Source: Stylophora pistillata
Taxonomy: Eukaryota
Assembly (NCBI RefSeq): GCF_002571385.2
Contig: NW_019218178.1
Location: 212,146-276,145, forward strand
Direction of reading: 5' to 3'
Length of the DNA: 64,000 nt
Program-made: the position numbers and the translations under genes
Notes under the pieces: generated by a model
Seen by the model: the letters and a program-made list of their open reading frames with translations, nothing else
Databases searched by the model: none
What the model was told of the DNA's origin: nothing
Shown here: one piece after another, positions 46,203-60,044 of the stretch
Layout of the letters: each line of letters opens with the position of its first letter
Numbering within the stretch: position 1 is the stretch's first letter

Positions 46203-46355
46203 AAGGGGGTAGGTCTCGGAATAAACTTTTGTGCTGCGTCGGTGGAGGTATTACAAGATAATCTGGTTTTATCGACTGAGTTGTCAATGTAAACTGGCCA
46301 ACATAAAGAGTATCTATAGCTGATGTTTCGAGCGTTAGCTCCTCGCCAAGGCGAA
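46203..46355 (-). mobile_element. Decayed copy of the hammerhead-bearing Penelope-like repeat; further decayed copies at ~48915-49057(+), ~50563-50602(+) and ~60203-60340(-)
   Basis: Shares TGCGTCGGTGG, GATAATxTGG, GTAAAxTGGCCA and AGCTGAxGTTTCGAGCGTTAGC with 22120-22250. Confidence 0.7.
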
Positions 46356-47458
46356 GGATTCTACTTTGATCTATACCAAACATCGGATCAGCTTACCTGG
46401 ATTAGGCAAAAAAACAAAAACCATGACCCAAAGAAAATACAGAAAGCACTAATTAATCTAACTTCCCAGTCTAAATTCTGAAAAGCCAACCGACTGTTAA
46501 GCACAGTAAAAGAATGCTTGTAATTTAGTCTGTGGAGTTTAAAAGTTCATTATCTTTCTATGCAAAAAAGGGTTACGCGTTAAGCAAAACAAATTGTAGT
46601 TCGGTGCGGTTAAGGTCGATTTGACGAGTAAATCTTTACTACGCCAGTCGCCCTCTAAAATTAAAGTCAGGGATGGAAAAACGTACCCAAATTTCCGGCA
46701 TAATTCAATGATATTTACTGTAGAAATGCACCTCGCATGACAACTGGGTTCTTCTTTTCACGGTTGCGCAAACGTTTGGCAATTCAGAAAATGAATACAT
46801 GTGGTCCATTTCCATTAATGCTTGGAGGTTTTGTTCATGAAATTTTTCTTTTTCTTAAGGGCAGACACAGTAACAAAACAAATTAGAAAAAAATGGAGGA
46901 AGTTTATTTTTCAGCCGCGGGACAATCGGAAAAAGAAAGTCTTTTGCGACTGACACCGCACTGAAACCAAATTTCAAGAAAATGCTGAAATTCTCTTAAG
47001 ATTGAAAGAATCTCCCATCATTTCTTTCAGTCTTGTCACATTTTACAAATTATCGAAAAAAAACCCGTCGAATAATTTGAAAACATCAAAAAAAAAAAAA
47101 TACCAGGTTTAAAATTGTATGGTCTAATTGATAACTTTTAAGCGACAAGACCGAAAATTTCCTTCTCTGACACGTGCAGGTTAAAATTCACACTGCATAA
47201 CTACACAAGTTGAAAACATCGGATAAAAGGATTTACGATTTCTTAACTTTCTCTCATTACCACTGTTTAGTCTAATTTCAGTCTCTTTTCAAAGAGAAAG
47301 GCCCTCCGATTGTCCTCATTTGACAATAAGTCCTTAATTTACATAGAATTTTCACGTGCGCAAGTTTGATGCGTGCATACACGCCCCTATAGAGTGACAT
47401 ATATTAAATCCCATTCGGAACCCATCAGAATTAGTTGAACTTTTGTAAAGCCGGAAGG

Positions 47459-49546
47459 ATGGCACAGAATTTGTCGTTCTCTATCGCCAATATTCTTCGC
47501 TCGGACTTCCCTCCACCTTCTCAGATCAGACAAGTACCGAGGTGTCTTTACTTAGAACGTCTAGCTGAAAGCAGAAATTTGCCATACGTCGCTCTGAGAT
47601 GCCAACTAGATCGACGAGCTAGCTTCTGTAATGAAACAGAATTTTTTGCCAGAAATTATTACAGCGCGCACACATTTCCTGTAATATCAGAGAAGGATGC
47701 CAAGATTCAAAACTCTGGTTATATCAGAGAACAACAAAGAAAGAAAGGTAGGTGAAGTTTGATTTCTTGAACACGCTTTGAACTGTTCAGGTTAAGTTCA
47801 TTTCCCCTCACTCTCTTCTGCAGTTAGCTCCTAAGGGCAGTTATGTTAAAAACGTGGTTAGCTTTTCACACATCGACACACACAACAAAACACTTGGAAT
47901 CTCTGACTCTGAGGCGTGTAAGGTGTCGGGGTTAAAAATATTTGTTTGCGTATTTTCTAAGCGCAATTAGTTCAGTTTAAACCAGCTTTGGATTTCTCGC
48001 CTTTTGTTTTTAAAGCAAGCATTGAAATTTGGCGCTAAGCGGACATACAATGTTTATGTATGCATTTTAACTCGTATGTTCAGTCCTGCGCTAGGACAGT
48101 TTTCCGCCAGCAACTTGTCATTTAACGCCTAAAGAGTGAACTGAAGTGTGAAAAGCTTGTATTCTGCGCGGTGGTAAAATTTGTTCTCAAACGTGTTTGA
48201 TGCTTTCGATTTCAATTGCCCGCGTTTTACTTTCCTTATGTACGCCATCGGCGTTAATTGAGGGCACTTTTGTCAAAATCCCGCTTCCACGAATTCTCCC
48301 CCAGGACATCGACGTAATTTATTGCATGAAACGAAGCGATGGTGGTCAAGGCATCCCAAGCGACCAAGACTCATAAAAAGTTCATTATTCTGATGTTTTT
48401 TTTTTTTTATAACCAACCTACATTTCTAGGTACCCTTTCACGTCAGCACACTTAAAGGATTCTTTCCCTGTGGGGAGAGGCCCCTGTTATTGTATTTTTC
48501 AGCGGGAAATAGCCGTACGATTGATAAGACACATAAGTCAGCTTTTTAACGCTTATCGCTTTAACTCTAAAGATCTGATTGATACTTCTACCCCTTAGCT
48601 GTTATGCATTTCCTTGTAGATTATTTAATGTGTTAGATAAAGATAACAACTCTTACCTCATAACTGGGTTTAAGTACTCTTATTACCTGTCTACAGGATA
48701 ATGTATGGGTATTGTAGGACTAAGTTACGACTTCTGGAAGTTCTAGAAGAGTAGGTTACCTCGGGTGTTCTCGTCACAATTTCAAAACATTTTCTTGGAA
48801 ACAGGAAATGAATAAGGAAGAATTGATCAGTAGAAATACGTTGTCTCGATGTAAAACTAAAATCTCCAGACTGATTTTAACAAAGCAGATATTTGTAGCG
48901 CTGGTCCTTCGTTAGAGCGTCGTTCGCTTTTGATACGTCAGCTTTAGACACTCTCTAACAGTGGCTAATTTACAACAAACTTAGGTGGTAAAGCCAAATT
49001 ATCTCATAAAAACCCCCGCCAACGCAGCACTACAGTTTGTTTCGAAACTTACCACCTCCTTTCATTTGATTTTAACAAAGAGAGACGAAGTAGATAAAAA
49101 TAGAGACATCGTTGACAAAACCAGTCTAAAGAGGAGCTGGTTTCAAACTAAAGGTGATGTAAAGAAAATAATCTTTTTTTACCATTTGTTTCATAGATAT
49201 ATTGGCAGCTAACGGAAATAAAAAGATAGAGGAAGGTAAACGGAGCAGTGAACTGACTGGCACTGCTGCAAAAAGTGCAGTGAAAAAGAAACGGAATCGA
49301 AGCCATTTCACTCAGGTGCAGCTTAAGTATTTGGAAGACGTATTTACCCGCCAGCAGTACCTTACACGCGACGAACGCGCTCTGCTGGCGACTGCTTTAA
49401 ACATGACGGAGCTGCAGATAAGAAACTGGTTTCAGAACAGGAGATATCAGTTGAGGCACCGAGGATTAAACAGAGCCAGACAGGTTCCAGTCAAAGTACT
49501 GGTCAGCAGTAGTACAGGGCAGGATTCTGATGATCGTAGCACGTGA
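47459..49546 (+). CDS. Divergent NK3/NK2-like homeobox protein, tandem copy 1 (~212 aa)
   Basis: Exon 1 47459-47747 (MAQNLSFSIANIL, eh1/TN motif; phase-1 donor G/gtaggt). Exon 2 49197-49546, with an in-frame alternative acceptor at 49209. Homeodomain 49286-49465 KKRNRSHFTQVQLKYLEDVFTRQQYLTRDERALLATALNMTELQIRNWFQNRRYQLRHRG, followed by RQVPVKVLV (NK2-SD/NK3-like). Confidence 0.92.
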
Positions 49547-52500
49547 TGTGCACGAGATCTACACGTGGTGTTCATGGGATCTTGATTCTGGGCTGTTTCA
49601 GTCAAATGGCGACAACCTTTTTCTCTTCTCTGGATTTGACTGAGGACTTGAGACTGCTTCTTCGCCATATTGAATTATCTTTGCAAGAATTACTTGCTCT
49701 CTTAAAATATTTCTGATTTAATCAAGTTTACTTAGGTCAAAATCAATTAACGTTGATGAAAACTTGATTTAAATGCAAGATTTCCCATCTTAATGTTTTT
49801 GTCGTAGTGGGTCCTTCTAATTAAAAGAAATGAGAAGCTTGCTTATTTCATTAAAAAATGATTTATATTAAGATATTTTTGATAGTTTAAGTCATGCAAC
49901 ATTTTGATGTTGTGAAAGGAGCAATTGAAACAAAGTGGGTCTATCTGCGCTCGAAGCTAAGTGTATCTCAATTTTTTTCTGAAAACATTTCTATGAACCC
50001 TCCACGCTAACCGTAATATTCATTTTGTCCATACTGCTCTCTTTACATTTTCAGATACCATCAGGGAGAATTTGTCTGACGATCAGGAGCTTTTTGGATT
50101 GCTGATTATTTCCTTTACTCTCGGGATCTTTCTATTCGATTTCGGGGTGAGGCTATTAGGAAGCCAGTCACTGTTAGGGCGTAAAGAGTTAATGCTCGAT
50201 AAGGATGGGTTATCAAATGTGTGCTCGTGATTTTGCCAATGAAAGATCCGCGCTGCCAATTGGAACTTTGGAGCATACATCTAATTTCAATTCAGGATTG
50301 ACAAAATTGTTTGAAAATTCAAGTCTCCCTTAATTGAGGGTCTCAGTGGTGGCTTTTACGGCTCACGGTTGAAATTTTCATTGGCCATTTTACCGCTACG
50401 GTTGACCCAAAATGACATAAAATGACAAATTGGTTAAAGAAGGAATTTTTTTACGGTTAACTTTTTTTGCGACTAACGGTTAGAATTCGCCAAATTTTGA
50501 TGGCGTTTCACGGCCAACGGTTAATCCCATCTAATTTGCTACACTCTACCTTGACAAACTGGGATGACGCTCAAAACTTCAGCTTCCAAAAAATCTCTAC
50601 GGTGATTTCAAGTGTGTGTTTGTTGGTTACATGTACTAGATGTAGATTGTGATAAACTCAAGTGTTTTATTTGCCTGTACACGTAACAGAGCAATTCAGT
50701 CGTCGTAACAAATTATTTGAAAACTTGTCCTCTTCTTCTCCAACTTATTCCTAACACTCCTATACGTCATGTAACATGAGAGAGCACAGCTATCTTGTAG
50801 ACTCAATTTTATCCACTAAACCATAACGCAGCGCATGAATGTGCAACACTTTCATTCACATGAAAATCTTAAGAGGGAGATTAAGAGGTTGTCATAACTA
50901 CGGCGAGGAAAAGGGCATTTGATGCGATCTAACCTTTAAACTTCAATAATTTCGCGAGTTTGTATTCTCACTGATTTCGCTGCCAACTCCAGACACATCT
51001 AAGCTCTTTGAGAACTAAGTACGTGAAGGCAGCGTTATGAATGAAATCTGAAAACAGGAAAAAATTTTCTGATGGGGTTCCCTTCCTCAGACAGACCCAA
51101 ATTGAGGTACTTTCATGGTTTTAAACTATAGAGAAGGTGCAGACTACTAAATAGATCATGTAATATCCGCGATTTTAAACATTTTAAAGGAAAACGCACC
51201 AAACATAATTTTCGTGGCTTCAGTGGTAAAATTGCGCCCCATCGACTTTAGTTTAAGGGGTACTTAACTTTGTCTTTATGACGAATATTAAATTCATGAG
51301 AAAGGCACGAGTTTTCTCGAAAGCACTTGTTGCCTAACGGAATCCATGAGATATGTCCATGCAGTGTCCTTCCTGTGCGTGCAAAGGTTGAGGGATTTTT
51401 CCCGCCGTATATGCCGCCATCAATGATTTTAGAACATACCACTTAACGTGAATTTCATATGACTTAGTGGTATGCTGTGTTCGACATGTTTCGGCAACAT
51501 GGTGTCAGTAAACAAAGTGCCTGCACAGTGACTTTATTGTACTGTTTTTATTAGCAGCAGTTGAGAAAATGGTGCGCACATATTTCACCGTGATCGACTG
51601 AAGAAATGTGGGATTTCTTGAGTGAACTGTTTTGAGAGTACTCTGAAAAAAAATCTCCAGTAAATATTTTAGATTTCTGCTTAATTGGAAATAAGGCTAA
51701 GTTAATCTTTTTAGGATCGTTGGATGTACCCTACGATTTCAGCTTTGAAATTATCAAAATTCCTCGAACTTCACTTTTAAAACATTTCTTTATTTTTGAG
51801 ACATCTTAACGTTTCTATTCATAACATTGTCAGTCCTGCCACTTTGCGCATACAAATGCTGATATTACCACTCGACGGGTTAGAGTTCATATTAAGAATT
51901 TCCTCGAAAATCCCAGAAATTTCTGTAGGGCGTGCAACACCCAATCTACCGCCTTCTAAAGAAAGATTACCCGTTCAAGCGTGCTTAGTTTCGAGACAAA
52001 TCCGATTAATTTAATGCAAAAAGTTACAGTATGTTTTTGATAAGATTTTGTACACAAAAACTGAATTGATCTCTAGTTTGACTTTATTCCTAAATATTTC
52101 ATACGTTCAATTTCGGAGAAGATTCTGACAAGAGAAACTTTTAATAGGGAAGACACTTCGCAAACAAATTACTATGGATAGAAAGCCTGATAAAAAATTT
52201 AACACTGTAATGTGCGTTTGAGAGTTGATAAACAAAAACCAATATTCTGAGCGTGCGTCTATAAAGGAAACTAAAGAAAAGCGCTCTTTTTATCATCAAA
52301 GTAAGAAGGTGGAGCTTTCTAGCTAAGCCTTTTTGTTTTGTTGTTTGGTGTCAGGAAGCCGCGATCTCAATTACGTTTGTTTACGCCTAGATATCAAACG
52401 CAAATCAAACAGGAAAGAAATTTAGGTACAGTTAACCGATACTTTAGTGATCCAAAGAGTAAGACGCAAATGTACCCGCCTTCATACGTAGTTTTGTCTC

Positions 52501-54522
52501 TCTGTTAGTGGTCCAGGCATCGATTAGCAGTTTCTACGTACAGGAAAGTACTCCCACGTTGATAAAGATCAAGTTTGCATTGTTACGGCCCGTCGATTTG
52601 TCGACTCTCAACTGGGTGTAACTTAGTCTTGTACTTAATGCCGCTCTAACTTGCGTCAAGGAAAATTCCTTTACTGAGGTGAAGTTTTTAGAATGAAACA
52701 TTAAATAAAGAAAATAATCAATGAAACATACAAAATAACCATTACGTTCCAGGTCTACACAAAATTTCCCGATGCTAGTTCCCGTAACTGATCATATAAA
52801 TCGTAAGTTTTCTTCGAATCCCCAGTTTTGGAAGAAATCTGTTTTCCAAAGAAAAAAGCTAATTTTATAATTTACAACCAAATTGTTCATTGGGGAATAT
52901 TTGAGAACTGAAAACAGCTGGAAGGCGATCAATCATGGCGTTAGTTGTCGTTCCAGAATCGCGGAAGCTCCGGCCGGGGCACGGTCTAATTTAATCAGGT
53001 TATCGAGATTGAAAAGAAAGGAGTCACTGTTACTTTAGTCGTATTCCTTAGAGACGCCTCAACTAGCCAAAACAATCCCAAATAGTCGATTTTGTACCAC
53101 ATTTATCCTTCCTTCCTTTGCAATACATCACAGCTTTCCTGTCTCCCCGTAGATAAACCGTCTGTGATTACGTAAAATTGATCGAAAGGTCAGTTCACGG
53201 TGACTTGAGAAATTGTTCAAGAGAAATTATAAAACTGTTGCTCATCTGGAGTCTGCTAAAGTTATCATAGCCAAGACTCACTTAGAAAACATCACTTAAC
53301 GTTTATTTATTTATCTTGTCTCATTGGCGCTTCCGCAATTTCTAATTAAGTTCGTGATTCTCCCGTGATGGTCTATAATCATGCGATAAATATGTTTTGT
53401 TTTGCCTCAGAAACCGGAAATACGATTCTAATTGTTTAGATTCGTGTGTCACGCACCCAACACGCGCGGACAATGCCATGATGCTTTTACTGATGACGTA
53501 ACCGGAAATACGTTTAAGAACTTTGCAATTTGAAAAAAAAAAATGCTATTTCATCTTCGAATAATGGCTAAAATTGTTTCGCGATATTTGTTTTTATTTG
53601 CTGACTAACTAGAAATAATCCGGAAAAGTAAGGGGACTTGTGTTTTTGTTGACTAAGAAAAATTAAAGTGATGTTAAGAAAATAAGAGGGATTTTTCCCA
53701 CACTTTTGAGTCATCCCAAAAGGAAGCTTGTCTAATCAGCACGGGGATTAGGTTTAGAAATGTTGTTTTCTTTATGTTTTTTTTTTTTTTCTGGGCTTCT
53801 GGCGTGGCGTTATTTATTTACTTTAAGTTTTTCTTGATCCAGAGAAAAGAAACATTCATGGTTCTGTGATTGCAAATTAAACAAATTCTACTCAGTTGAA
53901 ATAAGCACATTACATCCTTAGCACAGCGATCTCGAAAAAGGACTGACGCACATGATCTTCCTTGTTTCAATTCTTTCTTGATTTTTGTGTATTTTCATAG
54001 GAGGGTCATATGTATGTTCCAATTCGGACGGCGTTTAAGGTGCTATAACCATCATTTTTTATCACTGCCTTAGCATTTGTAAAAAATATTTTTTCTGTTG
54101 AAAACAAAATTCGGCTTTTAACAAACTGCAAACTCGGCAATTTCTGTTTGAACCGTTCGATTTCAGTTTCACAAGAACTACGGAAGCACTAAGACATTGC
54201 GGTCTCAAACTGCCAACAGCAATTGACCTGGAAAACTAGAAGCTCTGCTTTCCCGGAAAAACTGTTCTTCATAACGTGGATTAATTTAATTTGATGTATT
54301 TCCCTGAGCGTTGACGGGGGGAGTGCGTTGCGGAAAATCAATTCAAATGCGTTCCTAAAAATAGTAACTCTCCACGGGTCTTGACAGGTCCAGGATAGCA
54401 GGCTTTAAATATCTGTGACTAGTTTTTAAGAGTCATACGCAGCCGTCAGAAGTTTCACTTTCTTCAGTGATTTGACATCGTAAGGTCACGTCGCGATACG
54501 AACGACAAGCTAGTGATCCCGT

Positions 54523-57500
54523 ATGGATCTCAACAACCAGAAATCGAAGCTATCTTTCTCGATTGAAAATATTCTGCGAGATGATTTTTCTACAAGGCCA
54601 AGAAAAGATGTTCCTACACAGATACCATCCATGCATTCTAGTTTTGTAAAATGGCCGAATATTCCGGTGTATCGCCTTTGTGCAGTTCGTTACAACCCAA
54701 TGTTTGTGCAGGTTTTGCCGCGATGGCAATATGCTGCCGGGACCAAGCTGAACAATATGAAAACAGAGGACCAACAGACGTTTCAAGAGCAGCAAAGAAA
54801 CATCGGAGAAGACATTAGTTGCTCTGCCTGTGAAGACCCAAAAGGCGAAGGTTGGTTTTAATGTTTAGAAAGCTATTTTTGGAAAAATAATCTTCATAAC
54901 CACTAGCTGAATGGCAAAATTAGTGCCTTGAACATAATCGATACATTCATTATTGGCAAAATTTTTAAAGCTTCACGGTTTGGTAACCTTAAGTTTTTTT
55001 AACCACTGAATAAATTAAGGTTCAAAGTTATTTAACAATAAGTGGGGGCAGGAACTCACAAAACATGTTGTAATGCGTTTATTTAAACGCTGGTAATCCT
55101 TCAGACACATCTCACATGATTATGTTTCAGTACCAGCGTGACATACGGCACTCAATTCGTAAGCTCTCAAAGCAGGCGAAAGTCTAAAATTCACTTAGAT
55201 ATAAGTATTTTTACTTATTTTGTAACATGGGTCAAACTCTTCGCGACAAGAGAAAACAAAAGAATAATTGGCGATGTTTTACTCACAAAAATAACTTTAT
55301 CGACTTGAGCAGGGTCCAAATTTCAGTTAAAACGATGTTACTTTTGATATGACTACTAGTGAAGGAATCGTTCATTTTCCGTCGCTAAAAGGTATACGCC
55401 AAAGCAGGTCTAAGGATTTAAGAAATTCTCTTTATATACGCTGGCGTCATATCACGAGGAAGCAAGAATTCCTTGCCTAAAAAGTAGACTTGTATAGCTT
55501 AGCATTATCATTATTTCATAGCGGTTTAAAAGAATACGACGGCTAGATGTAAAAAAGGAAAATTCTTGTTGACACCAAAAGTGTGGCCCGTCTTTTGTAA
55601 TTAGAAATAGCAAGTAAGAACTTTCTGGGCGGGATTAGCTGGGAAAGACCAAAGGAAAAACAAAACCACTGAGCGTTTCGTTTCAATCCCTGAGAAAGAG
55701 TGAGATAAAAAAAAAGATCATTCACAGCTCACTAATTTCCTATGCAATTTGAAAAACTTTGCTAGGTTTTGAATGTGATAAAATGATATGCCACGAAGAC
55801 ATCGGCTCATAATGGCCATACTGACCGTGCGGTACCCTTGCTTTTCGTCTGTTTTAAAAGAAATCGCTCAGCACAGGCAGGCCTTGAAACTGTTAACTTT
55901 TATTTCACATCGAGCGTGTGAACAGTTAAGATGTGAGCCCCGTTTACAATTCAGTTTTCAAATGCCGCCGTGGTCCACTTCGGGCTTTGCAAAAAGTTTC
56001 TAATCTTAAATTTCCTTTCCAAAAAAAAAATTGTTTTCATCGAAGCCCATTTTCAGACTCTTCCTATAAAAAAGGTTTCAGCGCATTTCAGTTAATTCTA
56101 AGTTCTCGCAGTTAATATTATATAGAGTCAACTTTCTTACTGCATTTCGGTGTAACCTTTACGCGCTGAGCTGAAAGCGTTTCTCTGAGATTTCTGTGTT
56201 AAAATTCTGACCACAACTTCTGACGCACAATCAAAAATATGCCCAGAGTCTGCCTTGAGGTATTCCGCAATCCGATCACATTTTCTGTTTTTCCTTATTA
56301 CATTCATTTACTTGCGAAAAGCTGTTGGTGATAATTCGATCGTAAGATGTTCAGGAACGATTGAAATGCATGATCGTGCTATTTCGCCATCGAGAGATAC
56401 ATGGGTGTGTTTTGCGTTATTTGCATAAAAAAGAAACCACGCAGTTTAATTTTTTCGTGCAAATGAATTTCCGCTTCAAGTGTTTATATCATGGTTTACA
56501 GAGTTTCAAGTGTTTGTTTTTAGATATACTGGCATTTTAGAATGTCTTTTGCCTTCTGTTTAGGGTTGTGTCTTTTTTCATAATTTATGACGCTTTCCAC
56601 GTCAACCGCCTCAATTACAAGCTTAAAACAAATTCTTTTCTAGGAAAAAAACCGATGATCTTTCAGCGAAGGATAACCATACTTTCCCATTAAGTTGAAA
56701 GTATGGTTATCAAAATAATCCAAAATGGATTATTTTGTTTCGCGTCTCTGGGATAATTTATCTCGTGTTATACAGTAAAAGTTCCGATAAAGAATGAATC
56801 CTTGAATAGTAAGAACTTAAGCTTTTATATTGTATTCTTTCGGGTTAGAGAGAGCTTGTTCAGAACGTGATCACCCGCCTAGACCTACTGTGGTGTACAT
56901 CAACTATTACATGATATTAGCGAAAATTGACATACAGTGAGGGATTTATTGAAGACACGCACACTTTGAATAGCTCATATCTTTTGTTTGTCCTGAAATA
57001 ATCAGTCTATGCGCTTCTTAACGCAATAATGAGGCCCTGACACAATTGTAGCGAAAAATAATCTTCTGTTACTCTATTTACAATGAATACGTTTGATTTT
57101 GTTACAGTATTCATACAAGCTAGGATGGGGTTTAAAATCGCAGGAATATCCGCTCAACGATTACAATATCAGAGGCACTCTTGTTATTAAATGTAACCGC
57201 AAATGTTATATCGAATTAACTATTTTACGTTTGAGCACTTGAAAATTTTCGAGCACGGATCTTCGTTTCAGTATATAATCCTAAAAATTACCAAAGCTCA
57301 TATTGTTTTCTGTTTTATTTTCAGACGAAAGAAACGAAAACAAAGCCAAGGTGGAATCCAAATCAGAGAAATGCTTGAAAGTGAAAACTTCGGAGAGAAA
57401 ACGCCGTCATCGCAGCCATTTCACGCAACGTCAGCTTCAATATTTAGACAAAATCTTTTCTCGCCAGCAGTATCTCACCCGAGACGAACGCACGCTATTA

Positions 57501-57638
57501 GCGAGGGGTCTGGAAATGACTGAACTTCAGATCAGAAACTGGTTTCAAAACCGGAGATACCAGCGAAAACATCGAGAAAACAAGGACACAAAACCAGATG
57601 AAAAGGGTTCGCCATCAAGTGTGAGAAGTGAAGATTAA
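54523..57638 (+). CDS. Divergent NK3/NK2-like homeobox protein, tandem copy 2 (~213 aa)
   Basis: Exon 1 54523-54850 (KLSFSIENILRDDF; phase-1 donor G/gttggt). Exon 2 57325-57638. Homeodomain 57399-57578 KRRHRSHFTQRQLQYLDKIFSRQQYLTRDERTLLARGLEMTELQIRNWFQNRRYQRKHRE is 45/60 identical to copy 1. Confidence 0.92.
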
Positions 57639-60044
57639 GTCTTTGAGAAGGTTAAGGCTAAACCGAGAACAGCCAAAAAAGGAGACGAAAAAAGAGATAA
57701 AAAAAAAAGCTTTCTAAATATTAACTAGAGGACGCCACTGGGCTTAAAGCGCAAGCTGCGACTAACCATTAAGTAGATACTCTACTTATAAAAAAGAACA
57801 CAGTTTATTCAAAACTTCATAAAGGAGGATATTGATGTAAACGGGAATGGGATGCCATGTGTTATTATGGCGTTAAAAAAAAGTTTCAACCACTTAAAAC
57901 CAGAGTAAAGGAATTTTCTATGCCAACGTTATTTATATCAAACTATTTAAATTAATCCTTGAAAAGAAAAACAAAACACATTCAGCAATACGAGGGTACA
58001 AAAAATCTTGATTATACAAACTAATGTACTGAATCTACATTTTTGAAGCTCATCATGATAACACGTGATTTGTAAATATTGTAAAAATATTGTGTGATTT
58101 ATTGAATTCAGAAAAAGGACAAGGAATATACTTTACCAGGGCTTTACTGAATTTGTAGTTGTTATAACTCATTTCTCCGAGATGATCGGGAAATGCTTCG
58201 ACTATGCGCTGTTGTGCCCTCCCCCCCTGCGGTCTCCCTTCCCTGGTCGCCTCCCCCCTTACTCAACCCACCCTTTCCATCCTCTCCCATTAAACTTGAA
58301 ATAGTTCTGAGCAAACATTAGAAGGTATTGTTCATGGATAGTCTAGCCTTTATATAAGGGATAATGGTTGGGGGGGAGGGGAGGCTTGGGTGACCTTTGA
58401 AGGGGAGGGGGGCTTGGGTGATCCTAGAAGGGGAAGGGGGCTTGGGGTGATCTTAGAAACACAAAGGGAAAAATGATAAGCCTTTATATAGTTTTACTCG
58501 TATGAATTTTTTTTCAACAATGAGGTTCCCTAAGTGTGTTCGAGAATTTCACTATATCCATACATGCTTGATGTTTTTACTCAGATTGGCACAACAGATA
58601 CTGCAACCTATACTGACCTATTTACCTATTTACCTATACTGACCTACCACCATGTAGGGACACTGATAAACTGATTTAATTACGATCTCAAGATCACTCA
58701 TGTCAAGCTTTGTAGAGTAATTTTCTATATTGTTGTCCTGATAACGTATCCCACGCTCAAGCTTGTGTGATCAGTGTAGAAATATAATTTTAGATAAATT
58801 TTTTTTGGGGGGGGGGAATGTACCTGGGGTGATTGTGACATCGCACGAAAGGCAACGCGGAGGTTAACCTCGAAGGTTACGAAACCGAGGCCAGTTCAAC
58901 TCTAACTGAAGAATTTTTATGTTCATCACTGATTAAACTGGAAAGCCTTGATGATACTCTGAATATAAATCTCGTAATGGTCTTGTTCCTTTGTCAACAG
59001 CGTCTATATTTGATCTGATCGCGATCTTTCACACGGCCTAGTTTACATGCGTTTGAAAATAACTTAACATTTAGTGGGGTAACTCTTGCGACTAATCAGC
59101 CCCCGTTACCAAAGGGAATCAAAATTACTCAATCCTAAATGGTATATCGCGAGTCAGTAGACAGACGGCATAAATGGAAAGAGGTATTATTGAGGAATTC
59201 GTTGTTTTATTTCGACTAATGAATGTTTAGGATAAACGCTCCAATTTTCAGCATGTTTAAGATATTGTAATAACTAGCTTCGGTGTAATTTATTGTATTC
59301 CTGATAAATTTTAAACGTGTTTGGATAAATAAATTAATAACCATGATTTATAGACAGAAATATACATGTCATTAAACAAAGTGCTCCTTTTTTTAAATCC
59401 ATATAACGGAAGCAAGCTTACCGCGAAGAACTTTCTTTTCGAAAATTCAGTAGAGACATACCTCAGATAACTTCGAGCTACTTTTCTTGAGTATCTTAAG
59501 TATGTTCACTTTATGGAAGTAGAAACTGACATTGGCGTTTATTGCACGATATGAGGGTCAAAGTTGTTAATAATTGTTAATAACTTTTTGACAATTTTTC
59601 TCTGAAAAAAAACAATGAAAAGTAAATGAAAGAGTTGACGAAGTCCGGAACTAACACTGCCGCAAAAAAATGCAGCTCGTAAAATGACCAATTTGATGGA
59701 CAGGTGAGATATAAGTATTGTATCTTCACAGGATTTTTCACCATGCATAATGCATGGTATTTGAACTTCGATAAATTTAAACGAGTCACATATTGGTCCG
59801 CGAAAATTCGAAAGCAGCTCGTTAGTCAAACGTTAAGGATTCTCAACTGGTTCCTTAGTAACTGAAATCAAATATTGCTGCTGTAAGCAAGAGAGCCGCC
59901 GGGTCAGTGCAGCCGGGAATAGCCGGGTAACAGGTCATGATTTTATTTTTAAGTATATTAACTTTGTGGCAAAAAGCTAGAATTCAGATGAAAGTTTTGG
60001 ACTGATTAATAGTTATTTTTATATTTAAAATTCTCTGCATGCTT

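Noticed and set aside
41463-47400. Additional protein-coding gene between the membrane-protein gene and homeobox copy 1
   Set aside because: Only short ORFs without recognisable motifs or a consistent exon chain, and several overlap MITEs.
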